Of a stretch of 64,000 bases of DNA, positions 17,446 through 27,429 are shown piece by piece (position 1 is the stretch's first letter; every line of letters begins with the position of its first letter). This DNA comes from a virus: the IMG/VR virus record IMGVR_UViG_3300009159_000053, positions 22,893 through 86,892 of that record; one strand, given 5' to 3'. The position numbers and the translations under genes were made by a program. The notes below the pieces were generated by a model. The model was not told where the DNA came from. It did not search any database and worked only from the letters and a program-made list of their open reading frames with translations.

Positions 17446-18424
17446 TTACATTCTCCTTTAGTCGTTTTTCGTATCTTGCTAGTTGTGCTCTACCAGAAAG
17501 TGAATTCTGGAAAGTACGTCCATCACTTGCTTGCATTGTTCCCATCTTAACTGATGTATCTATTGGGGCGTTAATTTTATTAAGACCAAGGTTCTCTCTG
17601 GCTTGATTCATCTTCTTCCCAAAAGAAGCAAGGTACATCTTATACAGCATAGGTGCTTCATCGCCAATGTTCTTAAAGTTTCTCTCATCTGCCATAAACA
17701 GACGGAGTAACTCTAACTCAATGAGGGCGTTGGTTTCGTATTGCTTTCTAAATTTAGCGAGGGCTCCTGAGAGTTGTTTGACGCTAACTGTTCCAGGGAG
17801 TAAGGGGTACTTGCGCCCGACACGATAAGAAAACTCTGCAGCGACATCCATTGGAGTCCACTCATGCTCTGGTCGTCGTCCCCTAGTCTTAGGATCGGAT
17901 TTTCTGATCTTAGGGCCTGGAACATCTTTCGGTTCGACGAGTCCAAAGCCTGCCAGATTATCTCCATCATCTTGATATTGTCTCATAGGTACTCGTATCT
18001 CTTTCATTAGAATCCCTTTGGATTCAGAATCTTTTAATTTATTACTATCTTTACTATTAGGTACTAATGACTTATTAGTCATACTACTATGTGACTTATA
18101 GTCATGTGAGGTGCGGTAATTTTCAGTGCGGTAATCTACTGCATCCTTTTCTGTAGTGCGGTAATTTTCCACCACTTCATACCAGTCCATACCTTTAAAA
18201 CCATTAGCCCTCTTGCTGGGAGTTCTAATAAGTAGCCCATGCTTCTCTAAGGCTTTGAGAGCACTTCTAACGGTTCGGTCAGAAGTTTTGTTAGTCTGTC
18301 TACACAACTCCTCTACTGAGGTCTTAAAACGGTCTTTGGAGCCCGATAAATGGCAAATTACAGCAAGCAGTCGGAACTGATAATCGGTAAGGGGAACTGA
18401 ATAAGCCTCTAAAGGGATTTTCAA
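17438..18424 (-). CDS. Replication initiator-like protein (N-terminal winged HTH)
   Basis: SVEELC..SDRTVRSALKALEKHGLL HTH; repeat-containing linker; upstream of the DnaC-like loader. Confidence 0.7.
   Translation of the reverse strand: MKIPLEAYSVPLTDYQFRLLAVICHLSGSKDRFKTSVEELCRQTNKTSDRTVRSALKALEKHGLLIRTPSKRANGFKGMDWYEVVENYRTTEKDAVDYRTENYRTSHDYKSHSSMTNKSLVPNSKDSNKLKDSESKGILMKEIRVPMRQYQDDGDNLAGFGLVEPKDVPGPKIRKSDPKTRGRRPEHEWTPMDVAAEFSYRVGRKYPLLPGTVSVKQLSGALAKFRKQYETNALIELELLRLFMADERNFKNIGDEAPMLYKMYLASFGKKMNQARENLGLNKINAPIDTSVKMGTMQASDGRTFQNSLSGRAQLARYEKRLKENVNG
18067..18170. repeat. Iteron-like repeats and palindromes inside the initiator gene
   Basis: GTGCGGTAAT at 18111, 18126 and 18156; ATGACT-N4-AGTCAT at 18067; TGACT-N3-AGTCA at 18092. 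Confidence 0.65.
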
Positions 18425-19011
18425 GGGGTGTCTTCCTTAAAGGGGGATATGTCTTTGCCCCCATCTCCCTCTTCAATGCGCTTGGCTACTTCAATGGCTA
18501 ACACATCAAGCACCGTGGTCATTATGTAGTCAGCCATGTGTTCCACAAAGACACCCATACTATCCATCATTGCGGTATACAGTTCGTCAGTTCCTACCTC
18601 TGAGTAATCAACCTCAATCTTATCTAATCCTTCTGAGATATCCCAGACCTCTATACCAAAATCTTCAACAGCGCCAAGTATTAGATGAGCCTGTGTCGAG
18701 TTGTCCCACGCTATTCCAATTACATCATTAGGAGTTATCTGGCGAATAATTTCTTTTACTGGGTTATCGGTAATAACTATGTCATCCGCAGCAATGAGTA
18801 GATGATCTATTTCAAAAGCATTTACTATAAAGCAAGTTATCTTTATAGAGTGCTTCTTACATACCTCTATAACACTCTCAGCAAAATGGTTTTCATTTCC
18901 CGTTACTGGAATAAAGACCTTTAACTCATTAGTTGCGCCGTATTTATTAATGAGGGCTTCCATACCCTCATCAACACATACGTCTTCAAAAGAGATAACT
19001 CCTATATTCAT
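18421..19011 (-). CDS. Hypothetical acidic protein
   Basis: 196-aa ORF with GGAGG RBS. Confidence 0.65.
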   Translation of the reverse strand: MNIGVISFEDVCVDEGMEALINKYGATNELKVFIPVTGNENHFAESVIEVCKKHSIKITCFIVNAFEIDHLLIAADDIVITDNPVKEIIRQITPNDVIGIAWDNSTQAHLILGAVEDFGIEVWDISEGLDKIEVDYSEVGTDELYTAMMDSMGVFVEHMADYIMTTVLDVLAIEVAKRIEEGDGGKDISPFKEDTP

Positions 19012-19018
19012 ACGCCTC

Positions 19019-19297
19019 CTACAGTTGTGATAAACGAGTAGGTGATTTAATCACTACTGGTTTGTTTAAGTACATTCCTATTGCTAAAGATACAAAAGTT
19101 GCTGCAGGAACTAAAACAAAAAAATCATAATACAAATCCATTTGCGCCCAAAGACCTAAGAAACTTAGAGGTAGCGCAAAGTATTTGTTTAAGGTTGGCT
19201 TAGTAATAAAGCCAGAAATAAATAGATCTAGAAATTCAATTACGTAAGTAACTGCCATTCCTGTGAGTAATACTGGGATAACTATGTCTGTAGTCAT
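19019..19297 (-). CDS. Small membrane protein (about 3 TM, holin-like)
   Basis: Three hydrophobic segments. Confidence 0.55.
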   Translation of the reverse strand: MTTDIVIPVLLTGMAVTYVIEFLDLFISGFITKPTLNKYFALPLSFLGLWAQMDLYYDFFVLVPAATFVSLAIGMYLNKPVVIKSPTRLSQL

Positions 19298-19308
19298 AGC
19301 CCAAGATC

Positions 19309-21519
19309 CTACACCGTAGTGGTGGTGTACTCCACTCCATCATAGGTGCGTAATCTCCAGAAGGCATTCTGGGGTACCCAGTCATTCATAGTCTTACCTA
19401 ATCTAGGAACTTTTTTAGGTTTATTTGGGTACAAATGGGTATAAGAAGCATCATCAGTTCCTTCCCAAACCGCTCCATACTCTGAAGGCAATGACCCATC
19501 AAAGTAATCTGTGGCTATCTGAGACTGTTCAAACTGAATCAAATCAAGAAAAATGGTTCCAGCGGTAGTTCCATAAAAAGAAACCTTGGCATAAGAAGCA
19601 TTTGATGCGGAATCTGTTAATCCAGTTAAAGTAAAATTTGCAAAAGATGTGGTTACAGATATAACTTCAGTTACCGTTTCTACAACAGAATCAGCATCAT
19701 TGTAAAAAGTAATTTTTAAATTTGCAGATAAAGCGGCCAACGCTTTTATGGATGCAGATAATGTGTAATATTTTCCAACAGTAATAGGTATCTCATAGTC
19801 AGTAGTAATACTCCATGGGTTTGTTACTACAAATCGACCACTGTAATCTCCTGAATATCCATATGTTGGAACACTAGAGTTTTGTGTAAAGGTTGCCCCA
19901 CTTAATGCCCACGTAGTTGAGTTGACCTCAAAAGATGGATTTTTAATATAGTTTGTTTTTAAAGGAAGTAAAAACACATCAATTGCACGTGCTTCATCGT
20001 AAGCAACAACGGCGCCCTCCTGCATACAGACCTGGTCTATATAATAAGTACCAGCAGCGCTGTAATCAATTGAAATTCCTGCATAACTAGAGTCTGCATC
20101 AGACGTTGCAGTTTTGCTTGCAGACTTCCACGTATTATTAGCAGCAACAGCAGTAGAACTTTTTGCTGCTGATGTAGGTTGTCCATCTTTATTGTAAAAT
20201 GTAACTGATAAAGTTATATTTCCCGCACTTGCTGGAGACTTTAATTTACAAGAAACAGTGTACTCAGTGTTTGGTAATACTGGAACACCTTGTGTAATTA
20301 CATTGCCACCTCCCACAACTGCAATAACTGAACCATTAAGAGCAGAAGCGTTATAAGAAGTAGTTGCAACTGTTGTTACATTAAACTGATTACTTGCTGG
20401 AACAGTAGTGATAGAATATGTTCCATTAAAATCTGAAGTTAATCCTGAAAGAATAACTGTTTGACCTACTGAATACCCGTGGTTTGCAACAGCAACTTGA
20501 AGAACGGTTGTACCTGCATTTCGTTGTAAACCAGTTACTGTTTTTGCGGTTGGGTTTGCATAACCCAAAGCCATACTGCCTGCGGCTGATGCAACTACTT
20601 TTCCAGTCTTTGTTGTGTCAATTTGGTTTGTATTTGAGTCAGGAACTTGTTCAGTGCTAGAGGTTAGCACTGCGTTACTAACAATCCAATTTCCAACTCC
20701 TCCATAAAAAGTCGAGTCTTGAACTGTTAATAATAAGTTTTCAGAAACAGTAATAGTTGGTTCAAATCCAGTCAATGATTCAGCATATGTTTCAATACCG
20801 TTTTGAGTTCCTTTATGAGTATACATATAAAGGGCTTCACGAATTAATCTTTTTTGATTTTTAACTGGCAAAGCAGATTCTGAAAGTAATCCGTAGTTTG
20901 TAACTTCTGCTGGTATTAATTCAAAAGGAGTTTCTAACCCCGTATGTCTTGGCTTTAATAGATCAATCAAAGTGTATAATTCTTCTTGAGCAAAAGTTAA
21001 TCCCGACATAAATTTATAAAGGTCAGAATCTACATCAACTGCTCCCAAGGGTTCTTGAGATTTGCTTGTAAAAACTCTTGGAATAGTTGCCATAAACCTA
21101 TCTTGTATACCGTGGTCTGACGGAACAATTGCTGTAATAGAACCAGCAACTTTCCAGACTAAAGTATTAGTAAACAAAAACATTCTGTAATAAACTTGTC
21201 TGCCAGGAACTAAAGGTATATCTGTTGGGTTATCTTCTCCATCAATAATTGATGTTCTACTAACAGTTCCTTCTGTTGCAAATTCATCATAAATAATTAC
21301 GCCGTCTTCAGAAGTTTCGGGAAATCCTGCTTGATTTCTTACAAGTCTTATGCGAGTAAATTCACCTCTAGGGGTTTGCCATTCAACAAGCACTTTCGAA
21401 AAAGAAGACACCGTAGATAGTTCTGTTGCCAATACTGACATTGGTTGAACAGAGAATCTAAGATTAACAAAAGACCCATAACTAGATGAGCCGTAATAAT
21501 TTACGCCATATTTTGCCAC
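19309..21519 (-). CDS. Baseplate wedge protein (P2 gpI-like) with carbohydrate-binding-like domains
   Basis: RLIREA..Y.HKGT.NGI; NYIKNPSFE; YYIDQV; YFDGS. Confidence 0.7.
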   Translation of the reverse strand: MAKYGVNYYGSSSYGSFVNLRFSVQPMSVLATELSTVSSFSKVLVEWQTPRGEFTRIRLVRNQAGFPETSEDGVIIYDEFATEGTVSRTSIIDGEDNPTDIPLVPGRQVYYRMFLFTNTLVWKVAGSITAIVPSDHGIQDRFMATIPRVFTSKSQEPLGAVDVDSDLYKFMSGLTFAQEELYTLIDLLKPRHTGLETPFELIPAEVTNYGLLSESALPVKNQKRLIREALYMYTHKGTQNGIETYAESLTGFEPTITVSENLLLTVQDSTFYGGVGNWIVSNAVLTSSTEQVPDSNTNQIDTTKTGKVVASAAGSMALGYANPTAKTVTGLQRNAGTTVLQVAVANHGYSVGQTVILSGLTSDFNGTYSITTVPASNQFNVTTVATTSYNASALNGSVIAVVGGGNVITQGVPVLPNTEYTVSCKLKSPASAGNITLSVTFYNKDGQPTSAAKSSTAVAANNTWKSASKTATSDADSSYAGISIDYSAAGTYYIDQVCMQEGAVVAYDEARAIDVFLLPLKTNYIKNPSFEVNSTTWALSGATFTQNSSVPTYGYSGDYSGRFVVTNPWSITTDYEIPITVGKYYTLSASIKALAALSANLKITFYNDADSVVETVTEVISVTTSFANFTLTGLTDSASNASYAKVSFYGTTAGTIFLDLIQFEQSQIATDYFDGSLPSEYGAVWEGTDDASYTHLYPNKPKKVPRLGKTMNDWVPQNAFWRLRTYDGVEYTTTTV

Positions 21520-21531
21520 TAGGGAATCCCC

Positions 21532-21981
21532 TTAACAGCCAGCGAGTAAGAAAGAACTAATTGTTTCTCCTGTTGCGTTAACCGCAGCCCAAGAGGCGGC
21601 TGTTCCGTTAGTGGTTAAATAGTACCCACTATTTCCTGTTTGAGAAGGTAACGCATTAATTGTAGTCCAAGAAGTTGCATAATCACTACCAGATGATTTA
21701 GTTAATACTTGACCTGTAGATCCACCACTGGGCACTGCTCCCCAGACATCTGTTAACCCGTACTCAATATTAGTAATTCTATCTTTTAAAGTATTCCAAG
21801 CCGTGGTTACGGTGTCATAGTTACCTACACCACCAGAGCCTGTCTTTATATTAGTTCCGAGGTTAGCCTGTATAGAATTTACTTCTTCTTGAAGGCTATT
21901 AACGTGTTCGGCCAGAACGGTATCAGTAAAGTCAACTTTTGTAGTAAAAGACTTTACCGATGCTGGATATGATGCTGTCAC
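21532..21981 (-). CDS. Short tail fibre or baseplate accessory protein
   Basis: AEHVNSLQEEV; GGSTGQVLTK; LPSQTGNSGYYLTTNG fibre repeats. Confidence 0.6.
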   Translation of the reverse strand: MTASYPASVKSFTTKVDFTDTVLAEHVNSLQEEVNSIQANLGTNIKTGSGGVGNYDTVTTAWNTLKDRITNIEYGLTDVWGAVPSGGSTGQVLTKSSGSDYATSWTTINALPSQTGNSGYYLTTNGTAASWAAVNATGETISSFLLAGC

Positions 21982-22047
21982 TTAATTTCCTCTCAGACCT
22001 AACGGTCTATTTTCTCTTGTTTGTCTCCTATTTACTGTCTTAACTCC

Positions 22048-22578
22048 CTACCCATTGGTTGTATGGGTATGCCCACCAGTAGTTCTTGTTGCTAAAGTAG
22101 ACTTTAAAGTACTTACTGTGCTCTCTAAAGTAGTTATCTTTCCTTCTGCCGTTGTCATACGTGTCTCTAAACTTTTTACCTTATTTGCTAAAGCCATAAA
22201 GGTAGCGGTCAAATCTACTTCTGTAGTTCCGTCAGATTTTTTGACAGTTATAATATGAGCCGATAGTCCAGTTAAAGAGGTTGTATTAGCCAGAGGTTTG
22301 ATAAATATCTTTTTATTCTTACCCTGGTTTTTACCAAATGATCCAATCCAAATAGGGTAGTTTAAACTACCTCCAATAAATTGAATCCAAACACCCTGAC
22401 CTATAACGGGAACGTCAATACTTAGATTAGAGGGTTCTACAGAATCAATCCAATCCGTTATCTCTGTCCCTGTAAGTTGTGGAATAGAAACTTTTAGACG
22501 TCTTTGATCTTTTGGATCCCTATTGTTTTTAACAACTCCCCTATATATTCCAAAGTACAGATTATCTGTATTCATCAA
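22048..22578 (-). CDS. Baseplate spike protein (gp5/Vgr OB-fold)
   Basis: YFGIYRGVV.NNRDP...RLKVSIP..VP.IG..VWI.F.GG...PIWIG. Confidence 0.85.
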   Translation of the reverse strand: MMNTDNLYFGIYRGVVKNNRDPKDQRRLKVSIPQLTGTEITDWIDSVEPSNLSIDVPVIGQGVWIQFIGGSLNYPIWIGSFGKNQGKNKKIFIKPLANTTSLTGLSAHIITVKKSDGTTEVDLTATFMALANKVKSLETRMTTAEGKITTLESTVSTLKSTLATRTTGGHTHTTNG

Positions 22579-24134
22579 ATCTCACTAAGGTTTACGTTTT
22601 CTTCTAAGAAACGAAATATTTCATCAGGTTCTCCTATTAGCGTTGTTAAAGAAGATCCTGCTCCAAACTCATACAGAGCAGTAACCGTTACGGTTTCTAT
22701 ACCTGGGGCTTGTTGAACTACAAACTCAATGTCTCTAGGATAAATCGTGTCTTCAAATGCCATATTTACATAACCAAAACCTGTAAGCAAAGCATTCTTT
22801 ATGTTTTCTTCTGCTTCGTCAGTTGTGTAGGTTTCTAATTTTGTGTACTGCATAGTGACAACTGCGTCAACATATGTAGGAGGTTGAATTGTTACAGTGC
22901 TTCCAATCAAAACCTTGTCAGCAAGATACTCGGAAACATCTTCTTGAAGTCGAGTAAATTCCGCTGTTGGGTCCTCATTGTCATCTAACCCAGGAGCAAT
23001 GTCGGTATCTTGCGCTGTTCTAGTTGGAGCAAGGTATAGAGTCACTGATGTCCAAACATTTGCAGTTGCATTTGCTTTTCCTACTCCACTTACCGAAACC
23101 GCAAGATCAGAAAAATCTTTTAATGTTACGGCTCTATTTCCTGAACGCAGAGACGATGGAGCAGCAACACGGATCTGTTCATTACTTTCAGGATCTGAAC
23201 CACCTAATCCAACAGCAGCATTTGTTAAAGTAATTGCACCTTGAATTGCGGTTGTCTGACCTTCGGATAACCCAGGAATATAATCAATACTATCTAAAGT
23301 ACTGGCTGATATATTTCCAATAGACCCTCCACCAACAGTGTACCTAACTCTAATTTCTGAGTAGTTTGTAGGAATCGCTCCTGATACACCGTCACCAAAA
23401 TTTATAGTAACAATATTGTCTGAGTCAGAAAAAACTGAGTAAACAAGATTTGTTGGACCGTAATCTAACAAGTGTTGCACTTGTGTCCATTTAGAAAATA
23501 TGTCTCCATCTTGAACAAATACCTCAATTGTTCCATCAACTACTGGTGTCTCTCCAAGTTCAAAAGACATATTCGGAGTGCCATCTGCTGTTCCAACTAA
23601 CTCTCCATATGTAGTTACATCTTCAGCAACAAGAATTACTGATCGTCCCTGTGTTGCTCCCACCGTATATGTACCAGGAGTTTCTCCAGCAATAGCGGCT
23701 ACAACAGCCTCCGCATCAGTAGTAAAGTAAACGGTTTCAACAGTGTCTTCAATAACAACTGTTCCAGTTAGTACAGTTCCTGCGGGTATGGTTACCGAAC
23801 TTGCTGATGTATTTGAAAAAATAACATCAACGGTTGCTGCTCTATAGCCAGCGGGAGTATAGCCATAAGTTAAAGCAATATTTAAAATACTATCTCTTTG
23901 AGTAGCAGTTGCTAAGAAAGCCTCATTAGCGGTTCTATCTATATAGTAAGAGACTAAGTCTCCCATATATGCAAAAGCCTCAACTAAAGCAACACCAAAG
24001 TCTGCAGGATCTGCTGCGGTCCACTCAGGAATTCGATCTTGAATTCGGGCAATCAGTGCGTCTCTAAGCGAATAGTAATCCCTACCAGTGTAATCAACTG
24101 ATACTGGGATATTAGATACTGGGGCTATGGTCAT
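22575..24134 (-). CDS. Baseplate J / T4 gp6-like wedge protein
   Basis: DYTGRDY, PEWT..ADFGVALVE, FGDG, GGSDPES, RAVTLKDF. Confidence 0.9.
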   Translation of the reverse strand: MTIAPVSNIPVSVDYTGRDYYSLRDALIARIQDRIPEWTAADPADFGVALVEAFAYMGDLVSYYIDRTANEAFLATATQRDSILNIALTYGYTPAGYRAATVDVIFSNTSASSVTIPAGTVLTGTVVIEDTVETVYFTTDAEAVVAAIAGETPGTYTVGATQGRSVILVAEDVTTYGELVGTADGTPNMSFELGETPVVDGTIEVFVQDGDIFSKWTQVQHLLDYGPTNLVYSVFSDSDNIVTINFGDGVSGAIPTNYSEIRVRYTVGGGSIGNISASTLDSIDYIPGLSEGQTTAIQGAITLTNAAVGLGGSDPESNEQIRVAAPSSLRSGNRAVTLKDFSDLAVSVSGVGKANATANVWTSVTLYLAPTRTAQDTDIAPGLDDNEDPTAEFTRLQEDVSEYLADKVLIGSTVTIQPPTYVDAVVTMQYTKLETYTTDEAEENIKNALLTGFGYVNMAFEDTIYPRDIEFVVQQAPGIETVTVTALYEFGAGSSLTTLIGEPDEIFRFLEENVNLSEI

Positions 24135-24532
24135 AGCAACTCCTCATAGATTGGTTTAGTACCTTGAATAAGAACCAATCCGACGACGGTACTTACTATT
24201 TCGTCGTTTGGTAATCCATATATTACTTCTATAGTTAGAACGTTTGTGTATGGGTCACTGGTTACGTTAACTTTTTCCAGAGTTAATAACGCTAATTGCT
24301 CTGTAAATGCTTTAGTTACCTCTGACTCTATTTCAACAGCCGCTGTGTTTTCTGTGTTAAAAAGAGAGTAAGGAATTAAAGTACCAAAATTAGGACGCAT
24401 AACTCTTTCTCGTAATGTAGTGCCTAATACTGATTTAACTTTATCTGACCAAATTTTTGATTGAGATTGGCTTGAAGCCACTCGACCATATGGGTCAATT
24501 AAAAAAGGAAGAGAGATCGCTTTTTCAGCCAT
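24131..24532 (-). CDS. gp25/GPW-like baseplate protein
   Basis: LGT...ERVMRPNFGT. Confidence 0.88.
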   Translation of the reverse strand: MAEKAISLPFLIDPYGRVASSQSQSKIWSDKVKSVLGTTLRERVMRPNFGTLIPYSLFNTENTAAVEIESEVTKAFTEQLALLTLEKVNVTSDPYTNVLTIEVIYGLPNDEIVSTVVGLVLIQGTKPIYEELL

Positions 24533-25782
24533 TATTTACCTGTCCACTTTCTTGGGGTAACTTTGTAACCAGCAGATCTTTGAGACACTAGTGGCGACTT
24601 AGCACTTAGTTTAGTGGATGTTGCCTTCCCCTTGGCCTGAGCGTTTTTCAAATCTCTTGTTGGAACAGTACCAGCATTAGAAGGTCTAAATGCACTAGAT
24701 TTGTTATCACCAACTCCATCGGTTACACAAACAAACTCTACTTGGTATCTACCATCGGCATGCATATAGTGTTGTACTTTTTTTACAATCCAAAAGCCAT
24801 CACTATTGTCTCCAGTACCCCTTACTTCAATAGTTCTCCAAGGAGCGATTCTTGGGTCCCCTTGTCCAACACCCGTTGCTGGAATTTTAAATCTTCCCAA
24901 ATGAGATGCGGCTTCAGATAATGATCTAGCCATTGCGTTACTGTTTACCACAACGGTGGTTTTATTTTGAAAAAATAATGGGTCTTTTGTATTTTGTCTT
25001 AAAGACTTTCCTACTTTATTTGGTGAAGTTGTTGATGAGTAAACTTTACCAGTTACTGGATCAACACCGCTGACTGTGTTTCTGGTTCTATTGTACTCAT
25101 CTGGATTTTCAATATAATCTCCAATACGGCTTTCAAACACATCTAGAGTAGGTGCGCTGTAATAATTAGATGGAGATGTTAACAGATCTTTAAATGCCAT
25201 AACTGGAATTACGGTCATAAATTGATTTATCATTTTATCTATAGGATGAAAATGTAATTCAGTTCCTGATACTTGCATTCCATAACCAATTTGATTTGCT
25301 AATTCATTTAATTTTTCCCAGTAAGATTGACCAGCCAAAGACTGTTGAGTAAATCTAGTTGGATGAGATGTAACTACTGGTTTTAATTTAAACTTTCTAG
25401 CAATATCAATAGCAATCTCAGGGGCTGTTTTATTTATCCATACCTTAGAAGACTGTTCTTTTAAAGGATAGGATGCTCCTACACAAATAATTTTTAATTC
25501 ACGATATTGATCTTGTTTAATTGGAAAAGAAACTATGTTTGTATATCCCCTAAAGATGCCAGATACTTTATCGTTTTTCCAAGTAATCTCAACGGGCACT
25601 CCAGTCTTTATACTTTTATATAAAGATGTTGTAACACTTCTATATTTAATTTCCACAATGTCATGTTTACCCATTTCTTGATGTAAAGTAATGCTGCGTG
25701 GTAAAGATGTTATAGAAGGAAAGTCTGGATAGGTAACTTTAAAAGAAGTACTTCTTCTATTTTGAAGTCCTGGATTAAGCAT
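24532..25782 (-). CDS. Baseplate hub (gp27/GpD-like)
   Basis: Q..QSYWEKL..LA..IGY; GDPRI; GFWIVKKV.H; position in the module. Confidence 0.75.
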   Translation of the reverse strand: MLNPGLQNRRSTSFKVTYPDFPSITSLPRSITLHQEMGKHDIVEIKYRSVTTSLYKSIKTGVPVEITWKNDKVSGIFRGYTNIVSFPIKQDQYRELKIICVGASYPLKEQSSKVWINKTAPEIAIDIARKFKLKPVVTSHPTRFTQQSLAGQSYWEKLNELANQIGYGMQVSGTELHFHPIDKMINQFMTVIPVMAFKDLLTSPSNYYSAPTLDVFESRIGDYIENPDEYNRTRNTVSGVDPVTGKVYSSTTSPNKVGKSLRQNTKDPLFFQNKTTVVVNSNAMARSLSEAASHLGRFKIPATGVGQGDPRIAPWRTIEVRGTGDNSDGFWIVKKVQHYMHADGRYQVEFVCVTDGVGDNKSSAFRPSNAGTVPTRDLKNAQAKGKATSTKLSAKSPLVSQRSAGYKVTPRKWTGK

Positions 25783-26050
25783 TTGGAATCCTTAATTGTG
25801 TACCTGGTTGTATTGTGTCTGGATTTATAATTTTAGGATTAATGTCTAAAATTTGCCACCATAAACCAGGGCTTCCTAAAAATTTAGTTGCTAATATATC
25901 TAGTCGATCAGTTTCAACCCACTCATATATAAAATAACTTTGTAAATAATCTGGGTAAGTTCTAAAAACTGTTAAGTGATACTCTTGTTTTTTAGCATGC
26001 CAAGCCTTAAATAGAGGTCCATCAGCGTATCTGCTATCTAAAAAGATCAT
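25775..26050 (-). CDS. LysM/gp53-like baseplate protein
   Basis: DRLDILA.KFLG...LWWQI.DINP....P..I.PG..LRIP. Confidence 0.82.
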   Translation of the reverse strand: MIFLDSRYADGPLFKAWHAKKQEYHLTVFRTYPDYLQSYFIYEWVETDRLDILATKFLGSPGLWWQILDINPKIINPDTIQPGTQLRIPNA

Positions 26051-26052
26051 TT

Positions 26053-27429
26053 TTAATCCTTTATTTCTGGAGGGTCGTAGAATCTATGACAACTAATTTG
26101 TACGTTAGAAATAATAGGAACCATTCTGTCATTAAATACAGTGTGATTTATATTTATGGAACCTATTCTTACCAAGTACCTAAGTCCATCACCTAAATGA
26201 AGTTCTACTTGAGCACCCGTTAAGTAACCTCTATCTGCAGTTTTATCATTTAGACTAGATGTATAAGTTGCGTTTGGTCCATTTATTGTTCTAAACAAAT
26301 ATTCTAAATCATACATAGTACCTTTTTTATAAATCATTTTTAAATCTTCTAGTTTATTAAAGTTTCCTGGATAAGGATTCTCTGCACCAGTTATAAATCC
26401 ATTAGAATCTAGATAAGTCATGTCGCCAATTCTATTTAATAACAAAGTAAAATCTACAGTGCTTTGATTTAATCCAGCACCTACAGGAGTTATACCCCCA
26501 TCAGCACCGCTCTGTACAACTTCTGGGTTAAATCCTTCGGCAATTCCCCACCCCATACTTACCTCTGTTGGATTGTATAGAAATTTAAATCCATACATTT
26601 TAGGATCAATTGATGAGTCAGTTTTTTTATTATAAAACTGTGTATTATCTATACGACTACGAGACATTTGAATAGTTCCCTTAGCGGCAGGCGCTGACTC
26701 AAGTACTGTTCCAGTAATTGGGTCGTATTTAATTGGGGTATACATATTTTTTGCATCTGTGTAATTGCCTGCATCTGAAATTCCCCTAAAAGTATTTTCA
26801 CTTTGAGGACCCTTACTTCTAAAATATGCGGATCTAACCATTGGTGCGTTGTAGGTATAGAAAGGTGTTGGAGGTGTTGTAGTTGGTGGAGGGTCTTCTG
26901 TAGCACCTTTTATTGGTTTTTCTACAGATTTCTTTCCACTTGGCTTTTTTGTTTTTGGATTAATCACAGGTTTTCTTGCATCAAATTCTTTTTTTGCAGC
27001 AGCCTGAGAAGAAGATATTAATTGATTTTGAATAGATTTCTTTAAAGTTTCAGCCGTATTTATTCTAGTTGTAAGAACAGCGATTGCTGAATTCATTGCA
27101 TTTATATTACCTATAGCCGTATTTAAGTTTGCTTGTTCCCCCGCAGAGTATGGAGGCGGTGCATAAGCGGTGTAAAGGTTTCTTAAGGTAGTTTCTAATC
27201 CAGCCAACTCTACATACCTTGCTTTTTTTGCAGTTGTTAGTACGTCAAACTCAAAGACCGCTGCTTGTAATGCCTTCTGTTGTTTTGCTTTTTCAGCCTT
27301 AATGTTCTTTTCTTCATTAACTCGTTGCTGTTCGTTTTGTACGTTAGAAATAATTTGGGCTGTAGTTAAACTAACAGATCCTGGTCTAGCATATTTATTA
27401 GGGCCACTTGTTATTAATCTACCAGCCAT
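26053..27429 (-). CDS. Tail-tube initiator-like protein
   Basis: C-terminal FKFLYNPTEV domain; N-terminal coiled coil; follows the tape measure gene. Confidence 0.6.
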   Translation of the reverse strand: MAGRLITSGPNKYARPGSVSLTTAQIISNVQNEQQRVNEEKNIKAEKAKQQKALQAAVFEFDVLTTAKKARYVELAGLETTLRNLYTAYAPPPYSAGEQANLNTAIGNINAMNSAIAVLTTRINTAETLKKSIQNQLISSSQAAAKKEFDARKPVINPKTKKPSGKKSVEKPIKGATEDPPPTTTPPTPFYTYNAPMVRSAYFRSKGPQSENTFRGISDAGNYTDAKNMYTPIKYDPITGTVLESAPAAKGTIQMSRSRIDNTQFYNKKTDSSIDPKMYGFKFLYNPTEVSMGWGIAEGFNPEVVQSGADGGITPVGAGLNQSTVDFTLLLNRIGDMTYLDSNGFITGAENPYPGNFNKLEDLKMIYKKGTMYDLEYLFRTINGPNATYTSSLNDKTADRGYLTGAQVELHLGDGLRYLVRIGSININHTVFNDRMVPIISNVQISCHRFYDPPEIKD

